Origin: Alphaproteobacteria bacterium | GTDB lineage: Bacteria; Pseudomonadota; Alphaproteobacteria; UBA828 | Assembly (NCBI GenBank): GCA_965220745.1 | Contig: CBDCQT010000010.1 | Location: 416,001-480,000 of the forward strand | Direction of reading: 5' to 3' | DNA length: 64,000 nucleotides | In this document: positions 8,563 through 18,139 of the stretch, piece by piece | Layout of the letters: each line of letters begins with the position of its first letter | How positions within the stretch are numbered: position 1 is the first letter of the stretch | Made by a program: the position numbers and the translations under genes | The notes under the pieces: model-generated | What the model was told of the DNA's origin: nothing | Databases searched by the model: none | The model's input: the letters and a program-made list of their open reading frames with translations, nothing else

Positions 8563-9462
8563 GTGATCGGGGCTTCGGACGCGCCGGCGCCCGCGCGCCG
8601 GCGGGCGCTGCGCAAGGCGCTCGCGAGCGGTGGGCTGCTGCGCTTCCCCGGCGCGTTCGCGCCGATCGTGGCCAAGCTGATCGAGCGCCAGGGCTTCGAC
8701 GGGGTCTACGTCTCCGGGGCAGCGCTCGCCGCCGATCTCGGCCTGCCGGACATCGGGCTGGTGACCCAGAGCGAGGTGGTCGCCCGCGCGCAGGCCATCG
8801 TGCGGGCCTGCACGCTGCCCGTCATCGTGGATGTCGACACCGGCTTCGGCGCCCCGCTCAACGCCGCCCGCACCGTGGCGCTGCTCGAGGAGGCGGGTCT
8901 TGCCGGCTGCCACCTCGAAGACCAGGAGAGCCCTAAGCGCTGCGGCCATCTGGACCGCAAGACCCTGGTGCCGACGGCGGAGATGGTGCGCCGCGTGCGC
9001 GCTGCCGCCGAGGCCCAGCGGGACCCGGACTTTCTGCTCATCGCCCGCACCGACGCACGCGGACCCGAGGGGCTGGACAAGGCCATCGAGCGGGCCAAGG
9101 CCTACGTCGATGCTGGCGCGGCCATGATCTTCCCCGAGGCGCTGCAGGACGAGCGCGAGTTCGAGGCCTTCCGCGCCGCCATCGACGCGCCGCTGATGGC
9201 CAACATGACCGAGTTCGGCAAGTCGCCCCTGCTCTCCCGCAAGAGGCTGGCGGAGCTCGGCTACAACCTGGTGATCTATCCTGTGACGACCTTCCGGCTC
9301 GCCATGAAGGCCGTGGAGGACGGGCTCCGCGAGCTCGACGAGGGCGACGACCAGCCGGGCCTCGTGCCCCGCATGATGACCCGAGCGCACCTCTATGACA
9401 TCGTGGACTACGCGGGCTACGGGCGCTTCGACAGCGCGGTCCGCGATTTTTCCGAAGAGTGA
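8563..9462 (+). CDS. prpB: 2-methylisocitrate lyase (ICL/PEP mutase family)
   Basis: GLPDIG, DVDTGFG, EDQESPKRCGHL, ARTDAR, ANMTEFGKSP. Confidence 0.85.
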   Translation: MIGASDAPAPARRRALRKALASGGLLRFPGAFAPIVAKLIERQGFDGVYVSGAALAADLGLPDIGLVTQSEVVARAQAIVRACTLPVIVDVDTGFGAPLNAARTVALLEEAGLAGCHLEDQESPKRCGHLDRKTLVPTAEMVRRVRAAAEAQRDPDFLLIARTDARGPEGLDKAIERAKAYVDAGAAMIFPEALQDEREFEAFRAAIDAPLMANMTEFGKSPLLSRKRLAELGYNLVIYPVTTFRLAMKAVEDGLRELDEGDDQPGLVPRMMTRAHLYDIVDYAGYGRFDSAVRDFSEE

Positions 9463-9495
9463 GCGCGTTCTACAATAGCGGTTGAACGGTCCCCG

Positions 9496-10689
9496 ATGAC
9501 GCATCCTCCCGCAGACGGCGCGCTTGCGCGCTACACCGTGCTCGACCTCACCCGCTACCGGGCGGGGCCGACCGCGGCGCGCCAGCTTGCGGACTGGGGC
9601 GCCGACGTGATCAAGATCGAGGCGCCGTGGACGCCGGGAACGGCGAGCGACCCCATCAAGGCCCGGCATGGCCCGGACTTCCAGAACCTGCACCGCAACA
9701 AGCGGAGCCTCACCCTCAACCTGAAGGAGCCGGAGGCCGTCGCCATCTTCAAGCGCCTGGCGGAGAGCGCGGACGTGGTGGTGGAGAACTACCGCCCCGA
9801 CGTGAAGCACCGGCTCGGCATCGACTACGAGACGCTGAGCGCGCTCAACCCCCGCCTGGTCTACGCCAGCCTCTCGGGCTTCGGGCAGGACGGCCCCTAT
9901 GCCAAGCGGCCGGGCTTCGACCAGATCGCGCAGGGCATGGGCGGGCTCATGTCGATCACCGGCGAGCCCGGCCGGGGGCCGATGCGCGTCGGCATCCCGG
10001 TCGCGGACCTGAGCGCCGGGCTCTACACCGCCATCGGCATTCTCGTCGCGCTGCTGGAGCGCGAGCACTCGGGCAAGGGGCAGTGGGTGCAATCGTCGCT
10101 GCTGCAGGCGATGATCGCTCAGCTCGACTTCCAGGCCGCGCGTTACCTGTTCGAGGGCGTGGCCCCCGGCCAGGCCGGCAACGACCACCCGACGAGCATC
10201 CCGACCGGCGTGTTCGAGACCGCCGACGGCCACATCAACATCGCGACCTCCGGCGGCGCCATCTACGAGCGCCTGTGCGAGGCGCTGGACATGCCGGAGC
10301 TGATCACCGACCCGCGCTTCGCAACCGGCGATGGCCGCTCCGAGAACCGCGCGGAGCTGAACGCGCTGATCAACGAGCGCACGCGCACCAAGCCGAGCAC
10401 GGCATGGGTGGAGGCGTTCAACCGAGCCGGCGTGCCCTGCGGGCCGATCTACGCCATCGACGAGATGTTCGACGATCCGCAGGTGCAGCACCTCGGCATG
10501 GCGCACCCTGTGGAGCACCCCGCGCTCGGGGAGACCCGCATCGTCTCCCAGGCGGCCCGGCTTAGCCGCACGCCATTCAACGTGCATGGAGCCACGCCGG
10601 AGCTCGGCGCCCACACGGACGAAATCCTGGGGGCGCTCGGCTACGACGCCGCCGAGATCGAAGGCCTGCGGAGCCGTGGCGTTGTCTAA
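9496..10689 (+). CDS. Family III CoA-transferase (CaiB/BaiF)
   Basis: VLDLTRYRAGP, GADVIKIE, HRNKRSL, ENYRP, GFDQIAQG. Confidence 0.9.
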   Translation: MTHPPADGALARYTVLDLTRYRAGPTAARQLADWGADVIKIEAPWTPGTASDPIKARHGPDFQNLHRNKRSLTLNLKEPEAVAIFKRLAESADVVVENYRPDVKHRLGIDYETLSALNPRLVYASLSGFGQDGPYAKRPGFDQIAQGMGGLMSITGEPGRGPMRVGIPVADLSAGLYTAIGILVALLEREHSGKGQWVQSSLLQAMIAQLDFQAARYLFEGVAPGQAGNDHPTSIPTGVFETADGHINIATSGGAIYERLCEALDMPELITDPRFATGDGRSENRAELNALINERTRTKPSTAWVEAFNRAGVPCGPIYAIDEMFDDPQVQHLGMAHPVEHPALGETRIVSQAARLSRTPFNVHGATPELGAHTDEILGALGYDAAEIEGLRSRGVV

Positions 10690-10701
10690 CGTGGGAATGA
10701 C

Positions 10702-11490
10702 ATGACCGATCAACTGCTTGTCGATACGAACGGTGCCGTCGGCTGGATCACCTTCAACAACCCGGCGAAGCACAACGCGCTCTCGGTCGCCATGTGGCGC
10801 GCGCTGCCGGAGGCGCTGGACCGGCTGGAGGCGGACCCCACGATCCGGGTGATCGTGCTCAAGGGCGCGGGCGAGAAGGCCTTCGTCTCGGGCGCGGACA
10901 TCTCGGAGTTCGCGACCGAGCGCGCGAGCACCGACGCGGTCGCCGCCTACGACGAGCTAGCGGAGGGTGCCACCCAGCGGCTGCGCAACGCGGACCGGCC
11001 GACCATCGCCAAGATCCGGGGCTATTGCATGGGGGGCGGCCTGGGCCTCGCCATCGCCTGCGACCTGCGCATCGCCGGCACGGGCGCGACCTTCGCGATC
11101 CCGGCGGCGCGGCTCGGGGTCGGCTACCGTATCGGCTCGCTCAAGCTGCTGACTGATCTCGTCGGCCCCGCCTTCGCCAAGGAGATCCTGATCACGGCGC
11201 GGCGCTTCAACGCCGCAGAGGCCGAGCGCATCGGCCTCGTCAACCAGACCGTTCCCGACGACTCGCTGGACGAGACCGTCGAGGGCTACTGCGCGGGCAT
11301 CGCCGCCAACGCGCCGCTCTCCATGCGCGCGAGCAAGCGCATGATCGCGGAGCTTGCGCGGAGCGGCGCCGAGGGCGTGGACCCGGCGCTCTGCGACGAG
11401 CTGGTGACGGCCTGCTTCACCAGCGCGGATTACACCGAGGGCCGCACCGCGTTCATGGAGAAGCGGCCGCCGAAGTTCACGGGCCGCTGA
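10702..11490 (+). CDS. Enoyl-CoA hydratase/isomerase
   Basis: AFVSGADISEF, GYCMGGGLGLAIACDLRIA, EGRTAFMEKRPP. Confidence 0.9.
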   Translation: MTDQLLVDTNGAVGWITFNNPAKHNALSVAMWRALPEALDRLEADPTIRVIVLKGAGEKAFVSGADISEFATERASTDAVAAYDELAEGATQRLRNADRPTIAKIRGYCMGGGLGLAIACDLRIAGTGATFAIPAARLGVGYRIGSLKLLTDLVGPAFAKEILITARRFNAAEAERIGLVNQTVPDDSLDETVEGYCAGIAANAPLSMRASKRMIAELARSGAEGVDPALCDELVTACFTSADYTEGRTAFMEKRPPKFTGR

Positions 11491-11520
11491 CCCGCACTCT
11501 TCGCCACGATCACTGTTTGC

Positions 11521-12552
11521 GTGCCGCTCCTGACCACCTGCATCGGTTCCTATCCCAAGCCGCCCTACGTGCCGCGCCTGGCCTGGATGCACGAGGACGT
11601 CGAGGCCGGCGAGGTCGAGGATGAGGCCCTTTCGCCAGAGGAGCGGCAGGCCGCATTCGACCGAGCCACGCGGGAGGTCGTCGCCGAGCAAGCTGCAATC
11701 GGAATCGACATCCCGACCGACGGCGAGATGCGGCGCGGGAACTACATCCACTATCACTGCAGCCATCTCGACGGCTTCGAGCCCGATACGCTGACCGAGT
11801 GCACCATGCGGGGCGGGGCCTGGACGGCCGAGGTCCCCACCTTTACGGGCAAGGTCGCCGCGCGCGAGCCCTTTCTGGTGCGCGACTGGCAGATCGCGCA
11901 GGCGGCGACGGAGAAGCCTGTCAAGATCACCGTTCCCGGACCGTTCACCATCGCGGACTCGACCGCCAACGTGTTCGACCCCGACCGCCGGTCCTGGTGC
12001 GCCGCGCTGGCCGATGCCCTCAACGTGGAGATCAGGCGCCTGGCGGACGCCGGATGCCGCCACATTCAGGTCGACGAGCCGCTCTTCGCGCGCCTGCCGG
12101 ACCAGGCGCTCGACTTCGGGATCGAAACCCTCGAACGGTGCTTCCACGGCCTGCCCGCCGGCGTGACCCGCACCATGCACATGTGCTGCGGCTATCCCGA
12201 CAAGCTGGACGAGACCGACTACGTGAAGGCCGACCCGGAGGCCTACCGGCGGCTCGCCGGCGCGGTGGAGGCCAGCGTCGTCGACGCGGTCTCCATCGAG
12301 GACGCGCACCGGCACAATGATCTGTCCCTGCTCGATACGTTCTCGCGCACCACGGTCATCCTGGGTGTCGTCGAGATCGCCTCCAGCCGGGTGGAGACAG
12401 TGGACGAGATTGTCGCGCGCCTGCGCGCGGCGCTCGACCATATCGATACCGACCGGCTGGTGGCTGCGCCCGACTGCGGGCTGATCATGCTGGGCTCGGA
12501 ACTCGCGCGCGCCAAGCTCGCCCGCCTCGTCGACGCCGCCCGCGCGGTCTGA
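11521..12552 (+). CDS. Cobalamin-independent methionine synthase II family (single-barrel 'core' type)
   Basis: IGSYPKP, TDGEMRR, IQVDEP; Zn ligands in HMCCGY, SIED and PDCGL; only 343 aa. Confidence 0.85.
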   Translation: MPLLTTCIGSYPKPPYVPRLAWMHEDVEAGEVEDEALSPEERQAAFDRATREVVAEQAAIGIDIPTDGEMRRGNYIHYHCSHLDGFEPDTLTECTMRGGAWTAEVPTFTGKVAAREPFLVRDWQIAQAATEKPVKITVPGPFTIADSTANVFDPDRRSWCAALADALNVEIRRLADAGCRHIQVDEPLFARLPDQALDFGIETLERCFHGLPAGVTRTMHMCCGYPDKLDETDYVKADPEAYRRLAGAVEASVVDAVSIEDAHRHNDLSLLDTFSRTTVILGVVEIASSRVETVDEIVARLRAALDHIDTDRLVAAPDCGLIMLGSELARAKLARLVDAARAV

Positions 12553-12713
12553 CTCGTCGGTTCACGGAGACCGCGGCAGGTCCCGGCGATCGGCAGAATG
12601 TCTGGCCGCTGCCCTCCTCCGCCGCCGCGATGCCCGGCAGGAAGGAGAGGCTCGGCGTGCGCCACTCGCATCGCGCGCCGAGAGCGGTCCGTGATCCCGG
12701 CGGGAAGACCGCG

Positions 12714-13298
12714 CTAAATCCGTTCCGAAAGCCAGATTGCGAGCCGGGTGCCGCGCTTGACCGCGGCGGAGAGCGCCTCGTAGGCCGGCGCCCGCTCGGC
12801 CCCGTGGGTGAGGCCGGTCTCGCGGTGCCGGGCCTCGTCGGCGCCGAATTCCTCGAGCGTCTGTCGCAACCCGGCCTCGTCCTCGCCGAGGCGTTCCGCC
12901 TGGCCCGCGTAGTGCTGCTCGATCACCTCCTCGACCGCGACGGTGCACGCCATCGCCGCCCGCTCGCCCAGCAGCGCGCTCGCCGCACCCAGAGCGAAGC
13001 CCGCGACATGCCAAACCGGGGAGAGAGCGGTCGGTCGCACCCGGCGCTCGACCAGCAGATTATCGAAGGCGTCCAGATGCGCCTGCTCGGCCTCGGCCAT
13101 CTCGCGGATTGCAGGCGCGGCGGCGCTCTGACCGAGCACCGCGAGCTGGCCGTCGTAGATCCGCTTGGCGCCGTACTCGCCGGCGTGATCGACCCGGATC
13201 ATGCGGGCGATCATCTCTTCACGGGTCGGGTCGCCGGGCAGCCGGTCCTCGCCCGTGACGGCGGGCCGGGCGTCTTCGCGCGTCGCGTCTTCGTTCAT
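12714..13298 (-). CDS. coq7: Demethoxyubiquinone hydroxylase Coq7
   Basis: MIRVDHAGEYGAKRIYDGQ, AMACTVAVEEVIEQHY, DEARH, AIWLSERI. Confidence 0.93.
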   Translation of the reverse strand: MNEDATREDARPAVTGEDRLPGDPTREEMIARMIRVDHAGEYGAKRIYDGQLAVLGQSAAAPAIREMAEAEQAHLDAFDNLLVERRVRPTALSPVWHVAGFALGAASALLGERAAMACTVAVEEVIEQHYAGQAERLGEDEAGLRQTLEEFGADEARHRETGLTHGAERAPAYEALSAAVKRGTRLAIWLSERI

Positions 13299-13795
13299 GT
13301 GCCCGCCCTCCACAGCCGGACCGCACCGAAGGCCGCCACTATCGCCATGATCACGGAGATGATGGCGTTCCAGCCCGCGAGCGAGACGCCGATCAGCGAC
13401 CAGGGCACCTCGTCGCAGCGGGTGAGCGGCGCGTTCATGACCTGGGCCCTGATGTCCTCGATCGTGCCGCCGCTCATCGGCGCGGCGCACGCGCTCGCGA
13501 ACCAGCCCTGCTCGACCCCGACATGGTAGACGCCGTAGCCGGTCGTCACCAGGAGCGCGAGGCCGCAGAGCGCGAGCAGCGCCATCCGCGCCCGACCGCC
13601 CGCGACGATGGCGGCGACGAGCCCCAGCCCGAAGACGGCGAAGTGGGGATAGCGCTGGATCAGGCAGAGCGGACAAGGATGGAGCCCGCCCACGTGCTGG
13701 GAGAGGTAGGCGCCGAGCAGCAGGCCTGCGCTGGCCGCCGCGACGAGGAGCGGGATGGCGCGCGCGCCCGCCCACCGCTGCAGCGTCGCGACCAA
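13295..13795 (-). CDS. dsbB: Disulfide bond formation protein DsbB
   Basis: PCPLCLIQRYP, YHVGVEQGWF, CDEVPW; four TM segments. Confidence 0.88.
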   Translation of the reverse strand: MVATLQRWAGARAIPLLVAAASAGLLLGAYLSQHVGGLHPCPLCLIQRYPHFAVFGLGLVAAIVAGGRARMALLALCGLALLVTTGYGVYHVGVEQGWFASACAAPMSGGTIEDIRAQVMNAPLTRCDEVPWSLIGVSLAGWNAIISVIMAIVAAFGAVRLWRAGT

Positions 13796-13798
13796 GGT

Positions 13799-14266
13799 CT
13801 ACGCGGCGCCGCCGGCCGCCGGCTCGCGCCGCACGATCGTGGTGCTGGTCATGGTCATCACCACGTCGTCGCGCTGGTTGAGCACGTCCAGTCGATAGCG
13901 CACGAGTCCGCGCTCGGGCTTGGAGCGCGACACCCGCGTCTCGAGGATCTCCCCGGTAGAGCGAATGGTGTCGCCGGGGCGCACCGGCTGCAGCCAGCGC
14001 AGCTCCTCGACTCCCGGCGAGCCCATGACGATCTCGGGCGCGAACACCCGCGTCTGGACCATCATGCGGAGCGCCACGGCGATGGTCTGAATGCCGCTCG
14101 CGATGAGCCCGCCGTAGGGGCCGGCCTCGGCGTACTCGATGTCGATGTGAAAGGGCTGCGGATCGTACTGGAAGGCGAAGTCCAGAATCTCGGCTTCGCT
14201 CAAGGTCTTGCCCAGGCTCTCGAAACGCGCGCCGGGCGTCAGGTCGTCGAAATACCAGTTGTACAT
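13799..14266 (-). CDS. MaoC family dehydratase (hot-dog fold)
   Basis: FAFQYDPQPFHID, GLIASG, LRWLQPVRPGD. Confidence 0.9.
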   Translation of the reverse strand: MYNWYFDDLTPGARFESLGKTLSEAEILDFAFQYDPQPFHIDIEYAEAGPYGGLIASGIQTIAVALRMMVQTRVFAPEIVMGSPGVEELRWLQPVRPGDTIRSTGEILETRVSRSKPERGLVRYRLDVLNQRDDVVMTMTSTTIVRREPAAGGAA

Positions 14267-14294
14267 GGGAACCCCTGATGGCGAGTGACTAATC

Positions 14295-14392
14295 TAGCCC
14301 GTAATTCTCACCACGGTCACGGCCTGCGTCGCGCTCAGGTGTTCGATCCGCGAGGAGCGGGCCGAAAGGCGTATCAGGGAATACGGTTGAGG
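14295..14392 (-). repeat. Partial second copy (one end, ~98 bp) of the 1360-1628 MITE-like element
   Basis: Matches the reverse complement of 1531-1628 at about 90% (shared GCGTATCAGGGAATACGGTTGAGG). Begins CTAGCCCG. Confidence 0.85.
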
Positions 14393-14515
14393 CCCGCGTC
14401 GCGCCGAAGGCGCGCATGCCCGCGCCGAGCAACACTTAGCCGATAACGGTCGGCCGGTCATTATCGCTCGCGTCCGATCGCCGCGTCGCACGTCGACTGT
14501 CTCGCGTATTCCGCG

Positions 14516-15682
14516 TCAATCAGGGTCTACGCGGTAGCGCTCGACCTTGGCCTCGTCGATGTCGACCCCCATGCCGGGGCCTGTCGGGACCGGGACCGCG
14601 CCCCCGACATGGGCCAGCGGGGCGGCGATCAGGTCGTCGGTGTAGTAGACCCCGCCGATCCGCCCGGCGCGGTGCTCGGCCGGCATCGAGACCGGCACCA
14701 CGCAGCTCAGCACCACCGGCTCGGCGGCGGCGGCGAGCTGGAGGTTGGCGAGATTGCCGATGCCGGTCTCGACCGAACCGTTGACGTTGGAGATCAGCCC
14801 CGCCGCGCGCACCACTGCGGCGACCTGCATCGCGCGAAACAGCCCGCCCGGCTTCGTGGTGTAGATCGAGACGACGTCTGCCGCCCGGCGCTCGGCGATC
14901 TCGATCACGTCACGGGCGTTCCACGCGCTCTCGTCGGCCATGAGCGGCACGCCGATGCCGCGCCTGACCTCGGCGAGCCCGTCGATCCCCTCGACTGGCT
15001 GCTCGGCGTAGATCAGGTCGGCCGCCTCCATCCGGCGGATGATCTTTATCGCCTCGTAAGGCGTGCGGTAACCGCAGTTGGCGTCCACGCAGAGCGCCGT
15101 TGCCGGGCCCACCGCCTCGCGGATGCGGCGAACGATCTCGACATCGCGCTCGGGATCGACGCCGACCTTGATCTTGATCGTCCTGATGCCTTCGGCGACG
15201 ACGATTTTGCATTCGTCCACCGCCTCGTCGATGGGCAGCAGCCCGATCGAATGGGTGATGGGCACAGTGTCACGCAGCATGCCGCCGAGGAGCCGATGCA
15301 CCGGCATGCCCAGCGTGCGCCCGGCGAGGTCGTAGGCCGCCATCTCGACCGCGCCCTTGGCGTAGGGGTAGCCCTTGATCGCGGCATCCATCGCATGGTG
15401 GAGCAACGCCGGCTGCGCCGGGTCGAGGCCAACGACCGCGGGTGCCAGATAGGCCTCGACCACGAAGCGCGTCGTGCCCGGCGATTCGCCGAAGTAGCGG
15501 CCGTAGTCGCCGCCCCAGTCCTTCAGCGCCGGCGCCTCGCCCCAGCCGACCAGCCCGTTCTCGCCCTCCATGCGGACCAGGATGTAGCCGCCGATGGGCT
15601 CGGTGAGCCCGGTCCACTTGTGCTCGCGGCGCGTCGGCAGGGAAACCTGCACTAGCTCGATACGGGCGATTCTCGTCGTCAT
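14516..15682 (-). CDS. Enolase superfamily enzyme, muconate-lactonizing/dipeptide-epimerase subgroup
   Basis: GWGEA, KIKVG, VDAN, EQPV, ADES. True start ATG 15682; the track ORF is over-extended. Confidence 0.88.
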   Translation of the reverse strand: MTTRIARIELVQVSLPTRREHKWTGLTEPIGGYILVRMEGENGLVGWGEAPALKDWGGDYGRYFGESPGTTRFVVEAYLAPAVVGLDPAQPALLHHAMDAAIKGYPYAKGAVEMAAYDLAGRTLGMPVHRLLGGMLRDTVPITHSIGLLPIDEAVDECKIVVAEGIRTIKIKVGVDPERDVEIVRRIREAVGPATALCVDANCGYRTPYEAIKIIRRMEAADLIYAEQPVEGIDGLAEVRRGIGVPLMADESAWNARDVIEIAERRAADVVSIYTTKPGGLFRAMQVAAVVRAAGLISNVNGSVETGIGNLANLQLAAAAEPVVLSCVVPVSMPAEHRAGRIGGVYYTDDLIAAPLAHVGGAVPVPTGPGMGVDIDEAKVERYRVDPD

Positions 15683-15958
15683 CGGGAAGCCTCCTGCCGG
15701 CTGCCCTATCGCGAATCCGAGACCCCCGCAAGGCGGCCGTGCCCGTCCCAACCGAGGACGTACTCCACCCCGGCTGTGCCGCGCGAATGACTGTGTTGCG
15801 TTCCGCGCGCGAGCCTGCCTACCATAACGTTGACGCGTCCGTCGGTATCCCTCGCGGCGGTTGGCGTGCGCGAGGCAGAACCCGGCACTCGATGACCGGC
15901 GAGGCGGCCCGATCCGGCGGGACGAATGCGGGCCGCGCGACGAGGGAGGCAGTACACA

Positions 15959-17170
15959 GTGACCCAACGTGAGGACGATCCGAGAATCGGCGCGCTGACG
16001 CGCCGCGACATGCTCAAGACCGGCGCTGCGGCGGGAGTCTCCGTGGCGGTTGCAGGCGGCCTTTCGGTCGGCATGTCGCAAATGGCTCACGCAGCCAGCG
16101 ATACCATTCGCGGCTACGGCACGACGACGGTGCAGCTCAAGGACTGGGCGCTCTTCAACAAGAGCACCGGGCTGACCATGGAGTTCACGCCGACCGACGC
16201 GAACATGGGCAACTTCATGCGGGACGTCACGGTCAACGAGGTCGGCGACACCCACGATCTCTTCTTCACCGACGGCGGCACCCAGTACAAGCTCGGGCCG
16301 GAGGGGTTCTATCTGGTCATCGACGAGCAGCATCCCGAGCTCGTGCTGTGGGAGCGGACCTCGGACAACTACAAGCGCGGCTACATCACGCAAACGCCTG
16401 ACGGCACCCAGTACGGCGTGCCCATGGTCAACAACGCCGACAGCTTCGGCTACTGGCCGGAAGCGATCGGCGTCAATCCCAACGGCCTGGAAGAGGTCTC
16501 CTGGCAGAAGTTGTTCGAGAACGAGGACACCCTGAACCGCGCCTCGATCGACCGCAACTGGCTGCTCACCATGCCGGAGGTCGCCTTCTACATGCAGGTC
16601 TACGGCAAGGCGGAGATCGTGGACAACGCGAACCTCACGCCGGAGGAGGCCAAGGCGGTCGGCGACTGGGCGATCGAGCGCAAGCAGGCCGGGCAGTTCC
16701 GCACCTTCCACACGGGCTTCGAGGAGCAGGTGCAGCTTCTCGGCAACAAGGAAGTGGACATCATCAACTGCTGGGAGCCGGCGACCAAGAACGTCAACGC
16801 CGAGGCCGGCGCGGACGTGGTGCGCTACGCCTACACGGTCGAGGGTTACTTCAAGTGGGGCATCGGCGCCTACATCCCGACCCAGGCGGCGGACCGCGAC
16901 AATCTCGACAACATTTACAAGACGCTGAACTACTTCCTCGACGGCGAGTATCGCGCGTTCCAGGCGATCGAGCGCGGCTACGGCGGCCCCAATCTCGATC
17001 TCGGCGTCAAGTACGCCGAGGAGGTCGGCTGGCCTGCCGATCAGGTGGCGGCGGTCGATGCTGTCCAGAAGAAGGTGGACACGAAGTACGAGAAGCCGTT
17101 CTGGGAGAACCTCAACCCCGACCACCAGGAGTCGATGGAGGAGGAGTGGCAGCGCTTCCTCAACGCCTGA
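15959..17170 (+). CDS. ABC transporter substrate-binding protein (PotD/PotF-like), Tat-exported
   Basis: Tat motif LTRRDMLK; AHA cleavage site; YGVPMVNNADSFGY; SWQKLFE; followed by two permeases. Confidence 0.8.
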   Translation: MTQREDDPRIGALTRRDMLKTGAAAGVSVAVAGGLSVGMSQMAHAASDTIRGYGTTTVQLKDWALFNKSTGLTMEFTPTDANMGNFMRDVTVNEVGDTHDLFFTDGGTQYKLGPEGFYLVIDEQHPELVLWERTSDNYKRGYITQTPDGTQYGVPMVNNADSFGYWPEAIGVNPNGLEEVSWQKLFENEDTLNRASIDRNWLLTMPEVAFYMQVYGKAEIVDNANLTPEEAKAVGDWAIERKQAGQFRTFHTGFEEQVQLLGNKEVDIINCWEPATKNVNAEAGADVVRYAYTVEGYFKWGIGAYIPTQAADRDNLDNIYKTLNYFLDGEYRAFQAIERGYGGPNLDLGVKYAEEVGWPADQVAAVDAVQKKVDTKYEKPFWENLNPDHQESMEEEWQRFLNA

Positions 17171-17227
17171 GTCATTGACCGTTAACGTGCCCCGGTGGCC
17201 TCCGCCGGGGCACGCGGGCCCCTGCCG

Positions 17228-18139
17228 ATGGCGAACGCCTTGGTAAGCCGCAGCATCAGAACCTGGTACACGCAGGCCGCGTCGGGCCGCTGGACCGTCC
17301 CGACCTTCATCATCGTCTGGACGGTCGTCGTCATCGTCCCGCTCTTCCTGCTCCTGCTCTATTCGTTTCTTGAGACGAAGGGGTTCAAGGTCGTCTGGGA
17401 CCCCTCGTTCCACACTTGGGACCGCTTCTTCGAGACCGGCCGCTGGACCGTGGCAATGCGCACGCTGCGCATCGCCATCGGCATGACGGTGATCGAGCTC
17501 GTGCTGGCGTTTCCGTTCGCGCTCTGGCTCGCCAAGGGCTGCCGGTCGCAGGGGCTCAAGGCGATCCTGCTCACACTGCTGACGATCCCGTTCTTTCTCG
17601 ATCTCTCGTCGCGCACGATCATCTGGCGGGCGCTCCTGGGCAGCAACGGCGTCGTCAACACGGTGCTGATGGAGCTGGGGATCACATCCGAGCCGGTGGA
17701 GTGGCTGATCTTCACCGAGTTCTCGGTCTTCTTCGGCCTCGCCGCGCCCTATTTCGCGACCATGGTGTTCCCCATCTTCCTGGTGGCGACGCTCATCGAC
17801 GACGAGTACCTTGACGCGAGCCGCGATCTCGGCGCCAACCCGTTGCAGACGCTGTTCCTGGTGACCATTCCGCTTTGCCTGCCGGGAGTCATCGCCGGCG
17901 TGGTCTTCACCATGGTGCCGATGATGGGCGAGTGGGTGGTGCCGCAGCTCATGGGCGGCGGCAAGGTCAACATGATCGGCCGATCGACCGAGGATGCGCT
18001 GTCGACGCTCAACTACCCGACCGCGGCCTCACTCTCGGCCTTCGTGCTCGCGATCCTGGTGGTGCTGCTGGCGGCGCTCACGCTGCTCACCCGGCGGCGG
18101 GGCGGTATCGCCGGCCTGTTCGAGGCGCTGAAGCTGTGA
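17228..18139 (+). CDS. ABC transporter permease (PotB-like)
   Basis: Multi-TM; EAA loop YLDASRDLGANPLQT; PQLMGGG. Confidence 0.88.
   Translation: MANALVSRSIRTWYTQAASGRWTVPTFIIVWTVVVIVPLFLLLLYSFLETKGFKVVWDPSFHTWDRFFETGRWTVAMRTLRIAIGMTVIELVLAFPFALWLAKGCRSQGLKAILLTLLTIPFFLDLSSRTIIWRALLGSNGVVNTVLMELGITSEPVEWLIFTEFSVFFGLAAPYFATMVFPIFLVATLIDDEYLDASRDLGANPLQTLFLVTIPLCLPGVIAGVVFTMVPMMGEWVVPQLMGGGKVNMIGRSTEDALSTLNYPTAASLSAFVLAILVVLLAALTLLTRRRGGIAGLFEALKL

Noticed and set aside
8419-10773. Long antisense ORFs (also 22706-25162, 20995-22944, 55938-57500 and others)
   Set aside because: Shadow frames of high-GC genes with no recognisable motifs.
14516-17413. 965-aa ORF suggesting a giant enolase fusion
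   Set aside because: The N-terminal ~575 aa are the antisense shadow of the SBP and permease genes; the real start is 15682.
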